From contig OZ024747.1 in NCBI GenBank assembly GCA_964016885.1, forward strand, positions 32,984,001 to 33,048,000: a stretch of 64,000 bases of DNA. Reading direction: 5' to 3'. The DNA comes from Eledone cirrhosa. Lineage: Eukaryota. The notes under the pieces are model-generated. The model did not search any database. It was not told where the DNA came from and saw only the letters and a list, made by a program, of their open reading frames with translations. Positions 48,667-61,599 of the stretch are shown in pieces; the first letter of the stretch is position 1; each line of letters begins with the position of its first letter. A program made the translations under genes and the position numbers.

Positions 48667-50620
48667 CTACATTTTAAATTTATATTTATATTTAAACGTT
48701 GAGTTCAATCTATGACTGCAGCAACTGAATAAATTGTTCCTTAAATTAAGGGAATTTTTGCACTTTAATATAAAGAATATTTCTTCAATACAAAGATCAC
48801 AATTTTCTGAAGAGGAATTAAAAGGAGTAGCTTATGAAATAATATTCCAAGTCATCGAATATTTAACATTATCTCGTTTTAGGTCCCATAGTAGGCTAGA
48901 TAGCGAAGTTGAAGATTTTTTATTTGGATCTATGAAAGAATTTTTATGATTATTGAAGCGAAATTTAAATTCAGTAGAGGTAGAACCAACATAGTTAAAT
49001 GAATTTAAATTAGTTTTAACATTACAATTGTACACTACATTTTTAGCTAAGCAGTTGTTATTTAACGGACAGTTAGATTTATTTCTACAGTTACAGTTAT
49101 ACAATTGAATATTGCTTGGGTTATTATTGGTATTTTGGTTAGGTTTTAAATTTCTATTATTAATTCTATTAATATTTTGTGCTAAATTTTTGGTGGACGA
49201 GTAAGTTAATTTTATAGTGTGTCTATTAAAAATTGAGTAATATTTATGTGTTCTAGGGAAGCGTTTATCAAGAGCTTTAAAGAATAGTTTAGCAATAGGG
49301 GCTTTAATATTTAGTGAGAAAGGGGGAGCAAACCATAATATGTTTCTAGTTCTATTTCTTTTTCGGCTTTTGGAATTATTGTAATGTTTTCTATTATAGT
49401 TGCTAAAGTTGTTACCATAATTAAAATTGTTATTGTTTTGGTTAGTTTGCTTATTATTATTATTATCAATGTATTTAATTTCATTTCTATATCCAGCTCT
49501 ACCTAACGCTTAGTTGTAATACTGCGCTTTTTCATCAAATATATTTTTATTAGATGAAATTCTTGAAATTCTTTCTTGAACAGAGTTCACTATAGTATTT
49601 TTAACAGATCTGGGGTGATTAGAGTTAAAGTTAACATAATTCAAGTTCTCATTTAGTTTGTGAAATGGATAATGAAGACATTGTTGAGATTTAGTGTTAC
49701 GTCAAGAAAATTGACTATTTTATGGTTATTCTCTATTTCTACTTTTAGATTAAGGTAATTAAAAAATTGTATAATTTGTTTTCTTTTCCTATTTAGTTCA
49801 CAGCTATTATTTTGTATAAGTAAAAGCATGTCATCACGATATAAGCCTCCGGTTACACCTGGTATTTTTCTATGTAGCGAATTAATTATAAATAGGCCCA
49901 CAAGGTCCGTTATCTGAGCTGAGTCTGATGATCCCATAGTTATGTCGAAATTATTATTTCTATCTGCCCTAGTCCAGAGTTGGTTATTAAATTCTATCAA
50001 TGTTTTCCTTGCCGATAATATAATGTGCATTTCATTGCTAGTTAGGTATGTATGTTTAAATGCGTAATTTAGAGTCTTATTCAGTAGATTAGGAGTGATA
50101 GATGAATAGTAGTTAGCAATATCCACTGAATAAACTTATTATTATAGTTATATTTAATTTCTTTAAACCAATCGATAACCTCACTAGTCCCTTTCCATAA
50201 TTTTAAGTAAGATAAATTAGGTAAGTTTTTAATTTGTTGTATTACCCTGTCTAGAATATTTTTGCTAAGTTTGCCCAGGTCAGATTTAGATGGTGCAATT
50301 AATCTGACTGGTAAATCATTTTCAAAGTTTCTTTTGTGATCCTTCATATTGATCTTAGGTTTCCTAGGCATGAAGGGTTGTGTTTTATTCTCAATGTCTA
50401 ATTCATGCATTATACAAGATGCATCTGTATTCAGTTTTTCAAGTTCGTCCTTATTTGCTACCTTGTACTATTTCCTTAGTTCTTTCAATATAAGGTCGTT
50501 ATACATGTCCTTTTGTATTCATTTATTAATATCGTATATCTACTCCAAATACTTGTCGAGTGCTTTATATCAGTTATAAAAATATTTACTTGTTGTATCC
50601 CAACAATTTTAAATAGAACT
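48667..50620 (-). mobile_element. Penelope-like element, Naiad-type (RT + CxCx5Cx5C linker + C-terminal GIY-YIG), disrupted
   Basis: MKDHK..F…RLI.P.KS.LG, DIANYYSSI, FDITMGS.D.A, GLYRDD, FLDVTLNL, CNCRNKSNCPLNNNC, VVY…YVG.T..FK.R..NH, CDLC…CSH. Confidence 0.9.
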
Positions 50621-50767
50621 TTTGCATATATATATATATATATTCATTTTTCAGTGTGGTCTACCTCTGGTAGTAGGGTCCGTACCGTAGATAGAACTCA
50701 ATGTTATAAAGTTATAAAGTAACTTGATTTTGTTGATTTTATTTTCATTGTTAATTTAATACCATAT

Positions 50768-50769
<2 letters not shown>

Positions 50770-50814
<45 letters not shown>

Positions 50815-50980
50815 TTAACGTCTATCTTCCATGCTAGCATGGGTTACACGAAAATTGTCCGACTTGAGTCAAGATTGGTCAGGTGACCGTGTCTCACTCG
50901 TATAGGACTATCTGGCAGGTTTTCTACGGCTAGATGCCCTTCCTAACACAAACCACATTTATAGTGTGGAAACCACATTT

Positions 50981-50983
<3 letters not shown>
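50770..50983 (-). mobile_element. RTE 3' UTR fragment with long (GAT)n tail
   Basis: (CAT)n followed by ccatgctagcatggg…gatgcccttcctaacac. Confidence 0.85.
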
Positions 50984-51024
<41 letters not shown>

Positions 51025-51144
51025 AAATGTGGTTTCCACACTATAAATGTGGTTTGTGTTAGGGACTCACAGTTCTTTGGTCGGCCCGGGACGTGGGACT
51101 GAACCCGGAAACATGTGGTTGGAAAGCAAGTTTCTTGTCACACT

Positions 51145-51198
<54 letters not shown>

Positions 51199-51278
51199 AG
51201 TGTGACAAGAAACTTGCTTTCCAACCACATGTCTGAACCCGGAAACATGTGGTTGGAAAGCAAGTTTCTTGTCACACT

Positions 51279-51318
<40 letters not shown>

Positions 51319-51419
51319 AGTGTGACAAGAAACTTGCTTTCCAACCACATGTTTCCGGGTTCAGTCCCACGCAGTGTGACAAGAAACCCACGTCCCGGGC
51401 CGACCAAAGAACTGTGAGT
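50942..51419. repeat. Cluster of (TA)n-centred palindromes (50942-51063; nested 51065-51419)
   Basis: Perfect inverted arms made of RTE 3' UTR and SINE-head sequence surround three (TA)n tracts. Confidence 0.9.
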
Positions 51420-51570
51420 GGATTTGATAGACTGAAACTAAAAGAAGCGCATTGTATATATGTATATATGTCTGTGTGTCTTTGCGTTCGTGTTTGCCCT
51501 CCCACCGATGCTTGTTGGTTTGTTGTCGTCTCCACAATTTACCAAGGTGATGTTCTAGCATGGGCGTAAT
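51314..51570 (+). mobile_element. Octopus-type tRNA SINE
   Basis: cttgct..ccaaccacatg.ttccgggttcagtccca…cgggccgaccaaag…tgtgagtggatttg.tagac.gaaact.aaagaagc resembles, from memory, the abundant octopus SINE. Confidence 0.7.
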
Positions 51571-51839
51571 CCAGAGACAGATAAAAAGTAAAATATGTAT
51601 ATATATATATATATATATATATTGTTATACTTGGGGAGGGTCATATTTGTGTAATATTGCCAGAATTAATAACAGAACACACTCACTGTTTGGTTGGTTT
51701 TCGCTTTTCGCTTCTGTGTCTTTTATATCGGTAATCTAATTTACTCGGTCCTCAATGTTGCCATTGACTGACCGACGGTCAAAAATAATACAGATACAAT
51801 ATAGACACAAACACATATATGTAGTTTATCATAAATCTT

Positions 51840-54800
51840 TCGTTGCACATCTGCAACATCGTCAGTGGTGCTATTGTTTCCTCCCGTTGCATTGTATGTC
51901 TACGCCATTTTTAGTTGTCCATAGGTCCCAGGCGGAAAGTCCTACCAAACAGACTGGTGAACTCATCGTCTTCGACGCCCAGAGTCTTTCCGAGCACGTC
52001 GTCGCCCGTGTAACGTACAATCCCTCTATAGAATGTCGAAGTGGAGTCTACACTGATTGCTGTGCCCGCTTGCCAGAGGACTGTGAGCGCCTGGGCGCAT
52101 TCAATGTGCCAGGCGCCCATCGTTTTCGGTCTTTTCTTGACCCAGGACTGCACTGCGTCAGCTAGACGAGCTGCGGGAAAGCCTGTCTCACAAACGGCGC
52201 CCACACCGGTTGGGGGTCGGTGAGGAATACCTAGAGATGCCGCAGCCTCAGCGCGTGTTTGCGCATCATCAGCCACAACATTCCCAGCCCTCTGTTGGAA
52301 CGGTGCTGACAGCAGACGGATCTCCTCACCAGCGGAGCCTGCTTCTTCCACAGAAACTTGAAGAGCATGCGTTCCTCTTGGCGAGATGTTCACGGAGACA
52401 AGGCACGACAGTCAAGCGGTAGTAGATGACGGACGTTATGAAAGTGTTCGCCAGCTCCGCTCGACCTTTCAAGGACAGCTTGCACTCTGCCCTCTTCTGG
52501 GTGAGCGCAAACACCTTGGCCGTGACCTCGTTCAAGTTTTTCTCCACCTGGAGGTCTGGACCGAACCAGACCCCGAGCAATTTCACCGGTTTGTCCGTCC
52601 AGCGTCGAACGACGCTGTCGAACGTCATCGGTTTGCCTCTCCACGTACCGAGTTGCAAACCGACAGACTTGTCCGGGTTTAGTTTGCTCCCGTCAGCCTA
52701 TCGTATTCTTTCAGTAAGTTGCCGATCACCCTGATTTTCGAGGTGCTCGACACCATTACAGTCACGTCGTCGGCATAAGCTGACGCCGCTTTGCGCAGTC
52801 CCGGTTCTAGAGGGATGGTCTGCAAAGCTCCAATTTCCGCAGTAGTGGCTCTAGAGTCAATACATACACCTTGACCCTCGAGCAGATGTTGGTGTGCATC
52901 GCCTCGATCCAGCCTCTGAAAACGGGACCGAAACCGGCCCACTTGAGAACCGCTTCCAAGTATCGATGATCGACCCTATCGAATGCCTTAGACTGATCTA
53001 AATTGATCAGAGCCCCACCGAAGCCGGGTTTACTACCCACCCTCTCTATGATGTATCACATGAGGAGGAGATTGTCATGTATGGACCTGGTTGGGATTGT
53101 ACACGTTTGCGCTTTCCTTACCAGGTTCTCCACGACAAGCGCCAACCTCGTCGCTAGCACCTTGACCAAAATCTTTAACTCTGTGTTGAGCAGAGTTATG
53201 GGCCTGAAGTTGTTAATTTCGTCCCCCTAGTTCTCGTCTTTCCTGATCAGCATTACTACGCCCTTGCCTGCAGAACTGGGAATTCTTCCGTTCTGTTGCC
53301 AATTGCAGCAGACGGCTTCGCGGACGCCAGAGAACAAGTCCGGCATGCCTATGTAAAACTCATAGGGTAGACCATCTAGACCGGGTGACTTGTGTTTCCT
53401 GCAGCGGCCCAGAGCGTCCCGTATCTCAGTGTCCGTGATCGGTCTTTCACAGAACTCGGCGTCCGTGTTCGAGAGACGCGGGAGGGCGTCGAGTTATGAA
53501 CTAAAGTCCATTGCCCCGTTCGGCTCACTGTCATTCTGCTCAAACAGTCGCGCAAAGTGCTGCTAAAAGGCCGCGCACCTTTGCTTGGTGTCAAGTAGCA
53601 CGCGTCCGTTTTGATCTTTCAAAGACCGAATCGTGTACTTGTTGCCACTTTTTGCCTCCGCCACTCGGGCCCAGCTGACAGCTTTCGCTTCTTCGTTTCC
53701 TAGAGCACGTGTTTTGCTTCTGACCACGCAGCCTTCGTGATTCACGTCGAAGAACTGATCCAGTGCCGTTCTCGACGCTAACACCCTAGCCGCGTTGCCA
53801 CTTCTAAGTGCCTCCTCTACCTTGGCTACTAGTTCTCTTTCTATTTTGTTTTTCTCTAAGGCTAACTCTCTGCTAAACCCTATCGATTCTACTCTAATTG
53901 CTTTCTTGAGAGAGTACCACCATCTATTGTTGACGATGGCTCCCGTTAACTGTTGCTTGACTAGTCTACTTATCCGTTCACTGTAAGGTTTACGTGCAGG
54001 CAATTACACGCTCAGCTTCCAGTATCCGGGTCCCTGGTTATGTGTTCTGTCACGGTTGACTATGCAGACGACTAATTTGTGATATGAATAGGCAGCCATG
54101 TGCATTCGTGGACGGCTTAACATCTCCTTGTCACTTTCTCTAATGAAGAACCTCTCTAAATACGATCTAGATGTCCCGCTGCGGTTTGCCCACGTCAACT
54201 GTGGTGCAGTCGGGAAATCCAGTCGATACCTATCGGCCAGTTGGAATTGGCCGATTAACGTTTTGAGGCTGTTGCACCCACCCCCTCTACTGGGACATGC
54301 TCCCAAATAATCCCATCGTGCATCTAGGATACCATTCCAGTCCTCCACTAAAATTAAGGAGCGAGACGTTCCCAGAAAATACTCTAGACGCTTAAAGAAG
54401 TCTGGCCGTGATTGCGATTGCCCGGTCGGGGCATAAACGGCCACCAGTCTGAAGGCTCCACCTCCAATAGAGTCCCGTCTAGGACTATCAATCTACCCTT
54501 CGGGTCCAAGTGTACTTGCTGTACTTCGACGTCCAGGTTCTTCCGAAACATGACAGCCACGCCCACTCCACCTCCTGGCTGACAGAGAGATGCGTCGAAG
54601 ATGGGGGTTAGTTGCTGCCTGTTGTGGATCCTGGACTCGGTTATGGCTATCACATCCATACCGTGTGACCTATGGTCGTTTAAAAGTTGGCCCTGTTTCC
54701 AGGGCATCCCTAGGCCACGCACATTCACGCTTCTAACCCGTAAACTAGCCATGTTGGTGAAGAAGAGTTGGAAAAAAAGGACGAAAAGGTGCACTTACCT

Positions 54801-56832
54801 TTTCGTTTCCTGGAGATCGGGTTGTTCAATCTCCATTTGGGTGCTGGAGGGGTTGTTGGGTTGGGTGGGGAAACTTTTTAACAGGACGCGGTTGATGGGT
54901 TTCTGGCAGGGGTTGCCCACGTCCTGCGAAAATTTATTTTTCAGGTCACTATGGGTCTCCATAGAAACCCTTATAAGTTTAAGGTGTGGAGACGATTCTG
55001 CTTTGACGAAATTTTGCCCTCCGTCTCCACCTTGGGGTTTTGGGTGATGACCTTCATCAAACTCTTGTTGTTTGTGTTGATGTATGCGTATTGTTGTTTG
55101 TGTTTTTGTTGTGTTGTTTTAGTTTGTTGTTCTTCCGGGAGTTTTCTTTTTATGGTGGGTGCTTGTATTTGTGGTGGTGTTGGTGTTGGTTTTGCTGGTA
55201 GGGAATGTTTGACTGTGGTGTTGTTTGTGTCTGGGGTTGTGTGTTGGTGTTGGTGATTGGAGTTTTGGGGGTTTTGTGGTGTCTCTTTTTTGTTTTTAGA
55301 TTTCCGAGGCTCTCCTTCTTCTTCACTTAAAGAAGGAGAAGCAGCCTCATCCGTCGATGAATGATCATCGTCAGGAGTGTGGGGTAGGGGCATGTTGTGT
55401 GGCGGTGGTGTTTCGGTGTGTGTGTTTGTGGTAGTGTTTGATGGAGTGGGATGGGGTGGGGCTGTGTTCTTCTGGGGTGTTGTCTGTGTTTTTTCTGTTG
55501 TTGTTGGTTGAGTGATTCTGTTTGTTTTGGTGTGTTTGCTCGTTTCGTCAGTTGTTGTTCTTGTAGTGGTGGTTGTTTGATGTTGGTGTTGGTAATAGTG
55601 TTTTTTTAATGATGTTGTTGTGGTGTGTTTGTGAAGGACAGGAGTCCTTTAGGTGTGCTGTGCTACCACAGCGAAAGCAATGAGGTTTACACCCCTCCAC
55701 CGAACTGTTTATTTTGTTGTTTTTCGGGTATTTTGGAGATTCTCTCCAGCCTCATCTGCATCGGAATCTCCAAATCAGTACCCGCCAACCTTTGTCTAAT
55801 AGACTTCCGTATCGAAAGAATAGCATCAGTCTCTGGCTCCACGAAGCCAGCCAAGATCCACCAGATGTTAATGTTTGGTGGTATATTTTTTATTTTTATT
55901 TTTTGTGTCCTTTTTCCCATGTACCTAGGGAAAAAGGTGAATGCTTTTGACACCATTGGTGTCACAGAATGTTTTTGGGCGAGTGCCTCGCTTTTAAACA
56001 GTATGTAAATACTTCCGTACTGACTTCCTCGTTGAAGAAAGTCAATATTTTCTAGAGTCTCCTTCAAGGTGGCTTCAATGTGTCCTTGACTCACAAATAT
56101 TGGCTTTCTCGTCCTGAAGGTCACTGTCCTTCGAACCGTCTCTTCTTTTATTTCGAGAGGTGAGTTGATTCTAAACCCACCCTTGTCTTCGAAAGTTACA
56201 CATTTTCTCCCTTGCATTGGAGATGTCAAGATTTATAAAATCTTGTTTTTTGTTCACTGTTTCAGCGAAAAACATTTTTTGTGTTGTTGTTGTTGTTGTT
56301 CTTGTTTTGTTGTTGTCGTTGTCAGCCTCGGTGTTAGAAATCGCAATTTCTTGACGAGGTGAAATTGTATCTGTAGATGTATCTATGGAGTTGTTGTTAA
56401 CTTTTTCATGTGTATGTATATTAATAGGTTTAATTCCTTTGTTTTCCTGTGTATGTTGTGTGTTATTTTTTAAAATGTTCAATTGGCAATATTATTTTTT
56501 CTTTGTTGACAGTCGTATCCATGACGACGTCCATAGTGGCAGCAGCAGATATAACGTTAATATCTGCCGCTCTACCTCTCCTCTCTCTGTTAACGTTCTC
56601 CAGCGTTCTTTCCGAGTTATTCTTTTTTTATAGTCGGCAAAATTTGATTTTTTAAAAACAATTTTTAAATTAAATTTTCGCCACTAAAGGGGCGAAAAAT
56701 GGGATTACCACCCAGCTGACAATTCAGCTTGGGGGTTAATCTACAAAATGATATGTTTTTTTAAACAACTAGTTCAGTTTTTTTGTATAGAAATTTACAA
56801 AAAAGCTTACCAGCGATGTTCCACACGTCAGG
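51840..56832 (-). mobile_element. Tx1/L1-type LINE: ORF1 with CCHC knuckle, ORF2 APE+RT; disrupted, 3' end missing
   Basis: ORF1 has CFRCGSTAHLKDSC at ~55640-55680. ORF2 starts at ATG 54752 (MASLRVRSVNVRGL) and contains AVYAP, PGYWKL, LINLDQSKAFDRVDH and AYADDVTV. Confidence 0.9.
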
Positions 56833-56916
56833 CAGATAGATAGATAGATAGATAGACATGTACCAAATACACATACACATTTCTTAATCTCTCTGTCTCT
56901 CCCTCTTTCTCTCTTC

Positions 56917-57016
<100 letters not shown>

Positions 57017-57582
57017 GTGTGTGTGTGTGTGTGTATATATATGGCGTTTTTATTTGACGTTGTTGAAAAGACCAGTGGCCTTTGACCCGGCAATAAAAAC
57101 TGGAGTCAAAATTCTTTCTGTACCAAAAACAAGGCACACCAACACGCACACACACACATACACACATACAGACACACACACACACAAGTTTGTGTGTGTG
57201 TATGTATGTGTGTGTGTGTGCGTGTACATGTCTGTGTGCGTATGTGTATCTATCTATGTACAAATATTGTTTGCTCACTGTCACCAAGCATCTCAATGCA
57301 TTCGTTGCAACTAAGTTTGTGATCGAGGCACTTTAATTTGCAAGGTACTATTTTTCCCTTGAGTTTGTGATTCCAGAGAAAAGTAAGAAATTCTTCATAT
57401 TTTGCATCTTTTGTATTTTGACTTTACAGTTTGAATTGTAGAATTGTCTATCACTCAAAATATTGCAACAGCTAACTGTGAAATATAGAATTTAAAAAAA
57501 GCTTTTTTGACTGAGATCAAATCTTACTCACACACACATAGAGACATACACATGCATACAGAATATATTTTCACATATTATG

Positions 57583-57973
57583 GATGCACATGGCTTAGTG
57601 GTTAGAGCATTGGCCTTGCAGTCAAAAGGTTGTGAGTTCAATTTTCAGACCGGGTGATGTGTTGTTTCCTTGAGCAAGACACTATATTTCACATTGCTCC
57701 AGTTTACTCAGCTGTAGAAATGAGATGACAGGACTGGAGTCCCTATCATTCCACTGCAAAGTGGTCGTGGAGGTGCCCCGGCAAAAAAGCACCCAGCCCA
57801 CACTGTAAAGTGGACGTGTAGGCGCCACAAAAAAAGCACCCAGCACTCACTGTAAATGAGGTTGGTGTTAGGAAGGGCATCCAGCTGTAGAAATCAAGCC
57901 AGAATCAGTTCCCGTCCCACCCATGCAAGCAGGGAAAAGCGAACGTAAAATGAAATTATGAAATGATGATGAT
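57583..57973 (+). mobile_element. tRNA SINE head and core joined to an RTE 3' tail
   Basis: tggcttagtggttagagc…gagttcaatt…cttgagcaagacact, followed by the RTE 3' UTR from ~57750 to gatgatgat. Confidence 0.75.
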
Positions 57974-58778
57974 ATTACCTCCCTTGACTTGAAGAAACAA
58001 ATACACATGAACATACAAAGGTCTTGCCTATTATCTCCCTTGTTTGAAACATTGTCTTCTAAAAAACATGATTCTTATTACTTCCACCATCCATTCTTTC
58101 AACATGCTAGTTTCTTTTATCTTCCTCTTCCAATTTTCTTTTTTGGGGGTTTAGTTTTGTCCTTGATAAAATACCACAGCATGAGATATTGAACTCCTGC
58201 AGCTTTTTTCCATACAGTGTAAAATTAATTATGCTGTATGCCTGTTAGTTTTCTTTTTTTTTATATTGTTTGTTCCTAATACCATTTTGATATTATTTAT
58301 TACGGTATGGCTTGTCAGAGTTACATTGATTTATTGACCAGAAGAGTTTGTAAATATAACTATTGTTAAATGTTATCCTACAGTTTGGTTTATTATTGTC
58401 TGAATTTACGATTCTCTTACACGACAATCACTCAATGTTCTGTTAAGTTTTCTCTTTGGTCATATATATGCACTCTGTATAGCTAAAACGATTTTGTGAA
58501 CACTATTAAAGAGTACACACTGGTAATTAACAATTGATGATTGAAACACTTCAAGTAAAATGTTGATGTGAATCAAGAAACTCATCTCTTGTCTGTTGGA
58601 CAATTGCACTAAATGTTACATCATAACAGACATACTGTTTTTCATTGAAATTAAAACATGTAAATATTTTATTTGTACTAGAAAGTCATGTTCACAACAA
58701 AAATCTGACTGTTTTATTGCAACTGTGGTTAGTAATATTGTTCAGTAATATATATAAGAATGTATGTATATTTATGCA

Positions 58779-58967
58779 TGTGGTCATGTAGGTGTCATGA
58801 CAAAAAGTACCCAGTTCTCACTGTAAATGTGGTTGGTATTAGGAAGGGCATCCAGCCATAGAAACCAAGCCAAAATTAGTTCTGTAGGAGCAAAACACGG
58901 TCACCTGATCTGGATAATCACTTAATGGGACAACTCGTCTAACCCATGCTAGCTTAGAAAAATGGAC
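58779..58967 (+). mobile_element. RTE 3' UTR fragment
   Basis: Matches 21715-21900. Confidence 0.8.
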
Positions 58968-59160
58968 ACATACCTAAATAGTGTCATAAAAAAACGTTAA
59001 CATTATATAAAAATAATTGAGTAATATCTAGTAAAAATGAAATACACTAGGGAACAAAAAAAGACTAAAAAGGCAAATGAAAAGAAAAAGAAAAAAGATC
59101 AAGCAAGGAAAGAAAGGGAGAAGGGGAGGGACAGACACTTCCTACAGACTGGGTGGTGCC

Positions 59161-59500
59161 TTAGCCATGCCCTGCAGACAAAATGGCAAAGGCGTAACTG
59201 CTGAGAATGGCAAGGCAAACCCACTGTAACCAGCACCACATCTTACAGGGCTTCCTCCTCAAGTGGGCTGCCATCTTTCTGACTTTATGGAGGAAATCAG
59301 CAGTGTTGGGACGAAGGACACCAGAGGTATTGATGGAGACTGCTACAAAGAGAAAATGGTCAATCAGACTCCAGTATATAACTACATTCCTCTCGTCTGC
59401 ATTGTTGGCAGTGGAACCCAGGCTTGTGGCCAAAGCAACAAGGTTGGAGGGGGAGAACAAGTCATTGTTTTAGATGCTATGATTTGCCTGATATGGATCA
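59161..59500 (-). mobile_element. CRE-type RLE C-terminal fragment
   Basis: FSPSNL…GSTANNADERNVVIY…VAVSINTSGV…WLQWVCLAIL…AIL. Confidence 0.6.
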
Positions 59501-60966
59501 CTGATAAATGATTGCAAGTTCACAAGGCTACCAAGAGAGAAAATATTTAAGGAAAGATAAATAGACAGAAGAGTGGAAAGGGTTAAAATAAGAGAGTGAA
59601 AAGTGATAAGGAGAGAGCAATAGAGTATAAATAATTCTAGACTGAATTAGAGAAAGTTGACAATTAAACCAATCAAAATGAAGAAGGTAAACAAATAAAG
59701 AAAGAGGATTATGAACTGAAAATCAAAACTCAATATCTGCAGACTGGGAGATCATAGTACATACTTCAGTTTAAAAGAACTTGGGAGATAGTTCGGGATT
59801 TACTGACAGTTCTAGTTTAGTGAGCATAGAAGTAAAAGGCAGCCCAAAATAGTGTAGTTATTGAACAAATACGAATATATTGTAATTTGGGTGTTGATGG
59901 TGGATGGAAGGAGGGCCATTTTAGTTAGAAATGGAGATAGAATGTTATATATATATGTATATATATATACATATATATATATTTATATATACACATATAT
60001 ATACACATATATATATATATGTGTATATGTGTATGTATATATACATATATATATATACAAATATATGTATGCATATATGTGTTTGTATATATGTATATGT
60101 ACAAATATATATATATATACACATGCATATATATATAGGGACTTGACACCTTCTTCCTCACTTTTCGTTGCATTACCATCTTTGATTGTTTACTGTCTCG
60201 CTCGTTCCCCTTATTTACGTATCCCAACGACTTTCTTTAGTCGTTGCTCACACCAACCGGAGATATATGGTCTTTAAAGCGATGAAATACCAATGAAGGT
60301 TGGAAGATCACTGATGAAGGACTAAATTTATTCATATATACATATATATATACATATATTTATATATACATATACATACATATATATACATATATATATA
60401 TACATATAGATACACATCTATTTATATACATATATATTTTTATACATATATATATATATATATATACATATACAAATATAAACACACACACACACTCACA
60501 CACACACACATATATATATATTAAAAATTGTGGTTATAGTAATTTTGATACTTATCCTTTTTCTTCTTTTGTTTTATATTTGTTATTTTTTTGTTTTGTC
60601 TTTGTTTTGTTTTTTGTGTTTTTTGTCATTGCCACTTAAGAGAAAGACAATTTTTGTTTTACTTTTTATATATTTAAACAGCCTGTAGATAAACAACAGC
60701 TGCAAGTGACCTCTCTTTAGAATATTCTATGAGGCCAAGTTCAGATGAGAAAGCAATCAAGTGTAAAAGAGAAGTATAATCAACATCGTCATCATTAATA
60801 TTAGCTTTACCTATAGGATAAAGAGAGTGAATTTCAAGATGAATTGCCTTTCAACAAATTCTGGCACCAGTACGCCTAGAAAAAATCCTCAAAGTGCCTC
60901 GAATGTATTGATCAAATAATGTATGTTTTGGACTACTTCCCTCACCACACATTTACATATGTGTGT

Positions 60967-60967
<1 letters not shown>

Positions 60968-61002
<35 letters not shown>

Positions 61003-61268
61003 GTTTTTACATCCGCTTTTCCATGCTTGCATGGGATGGATCCTTCTCAGCAGAGCATCTCTCTACATGTTACAACCTTTTGTCATCACCTCTGTGATAC
61101 TAAGTGATTTGAGATCAGCTCTCACAATCTCTGCCCAGGTTATTTTTCGGTCTACCTCTACCACAGATTCCTTCAACTGGAATTTCCAGGCACTTCTTTA
61201 CCCAAAAAGTATTGTCTATGTGCATCATATGTCCAAACCAAAGCAGTCTTCTCTCGTGCATGCCACCT
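60968..61268 (-). mobile_element. RTE family B 3' end
   Basis: Similar to 24905-25170, with (CAT)n. Confidence 0.82.
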
Positions 61269-61599
61269 CAGGATTTCAAAGTGTGCTGTATAATGATAAT
61301 ATCATTAAAAAAACACGTCTGTTTACTTTTCTCAATATTACACACCCAGCTTTGATGAAAAATTGCTCATGAGCAGCAATTGATGTATTGTAGAAGCTTC
61401 TAGATTAGTACTTGAAAGATGGTTGCTTATTTAATTGATACATCAGATCTTTTGGGAAGCTACATCTATGTCTGAGTAGGCCTATTTTAAGACCAGCAAT
61501 CTACATGGAGAGAGGAGTTGAGAATTCTCCTTAAACATTGCATGTCTCATCTCTATCTGACTAGGAATTCATTAGTGGACACAACAAATAAACCAAGAA

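Noticed and set aside
48667-49104. Selenocysteine (UGA) recoding reported in some Naiads
   Set aside because: All visible conserved Cys codons are TGT/TGC, and the in-frame stops I checked are TAA. No SECIS was identified.
51065-51419. CRISPR-like repeat array
   Set aside because: The repeats alternate in orientation, the spacers are (TA)n, the sequence is SINE-derived and the context is eukaryotic.
60305-60335. CTGATGAaggac possible HHR start
   Set aside because: Truncated by a microsatellite; the rest of the core is absent.
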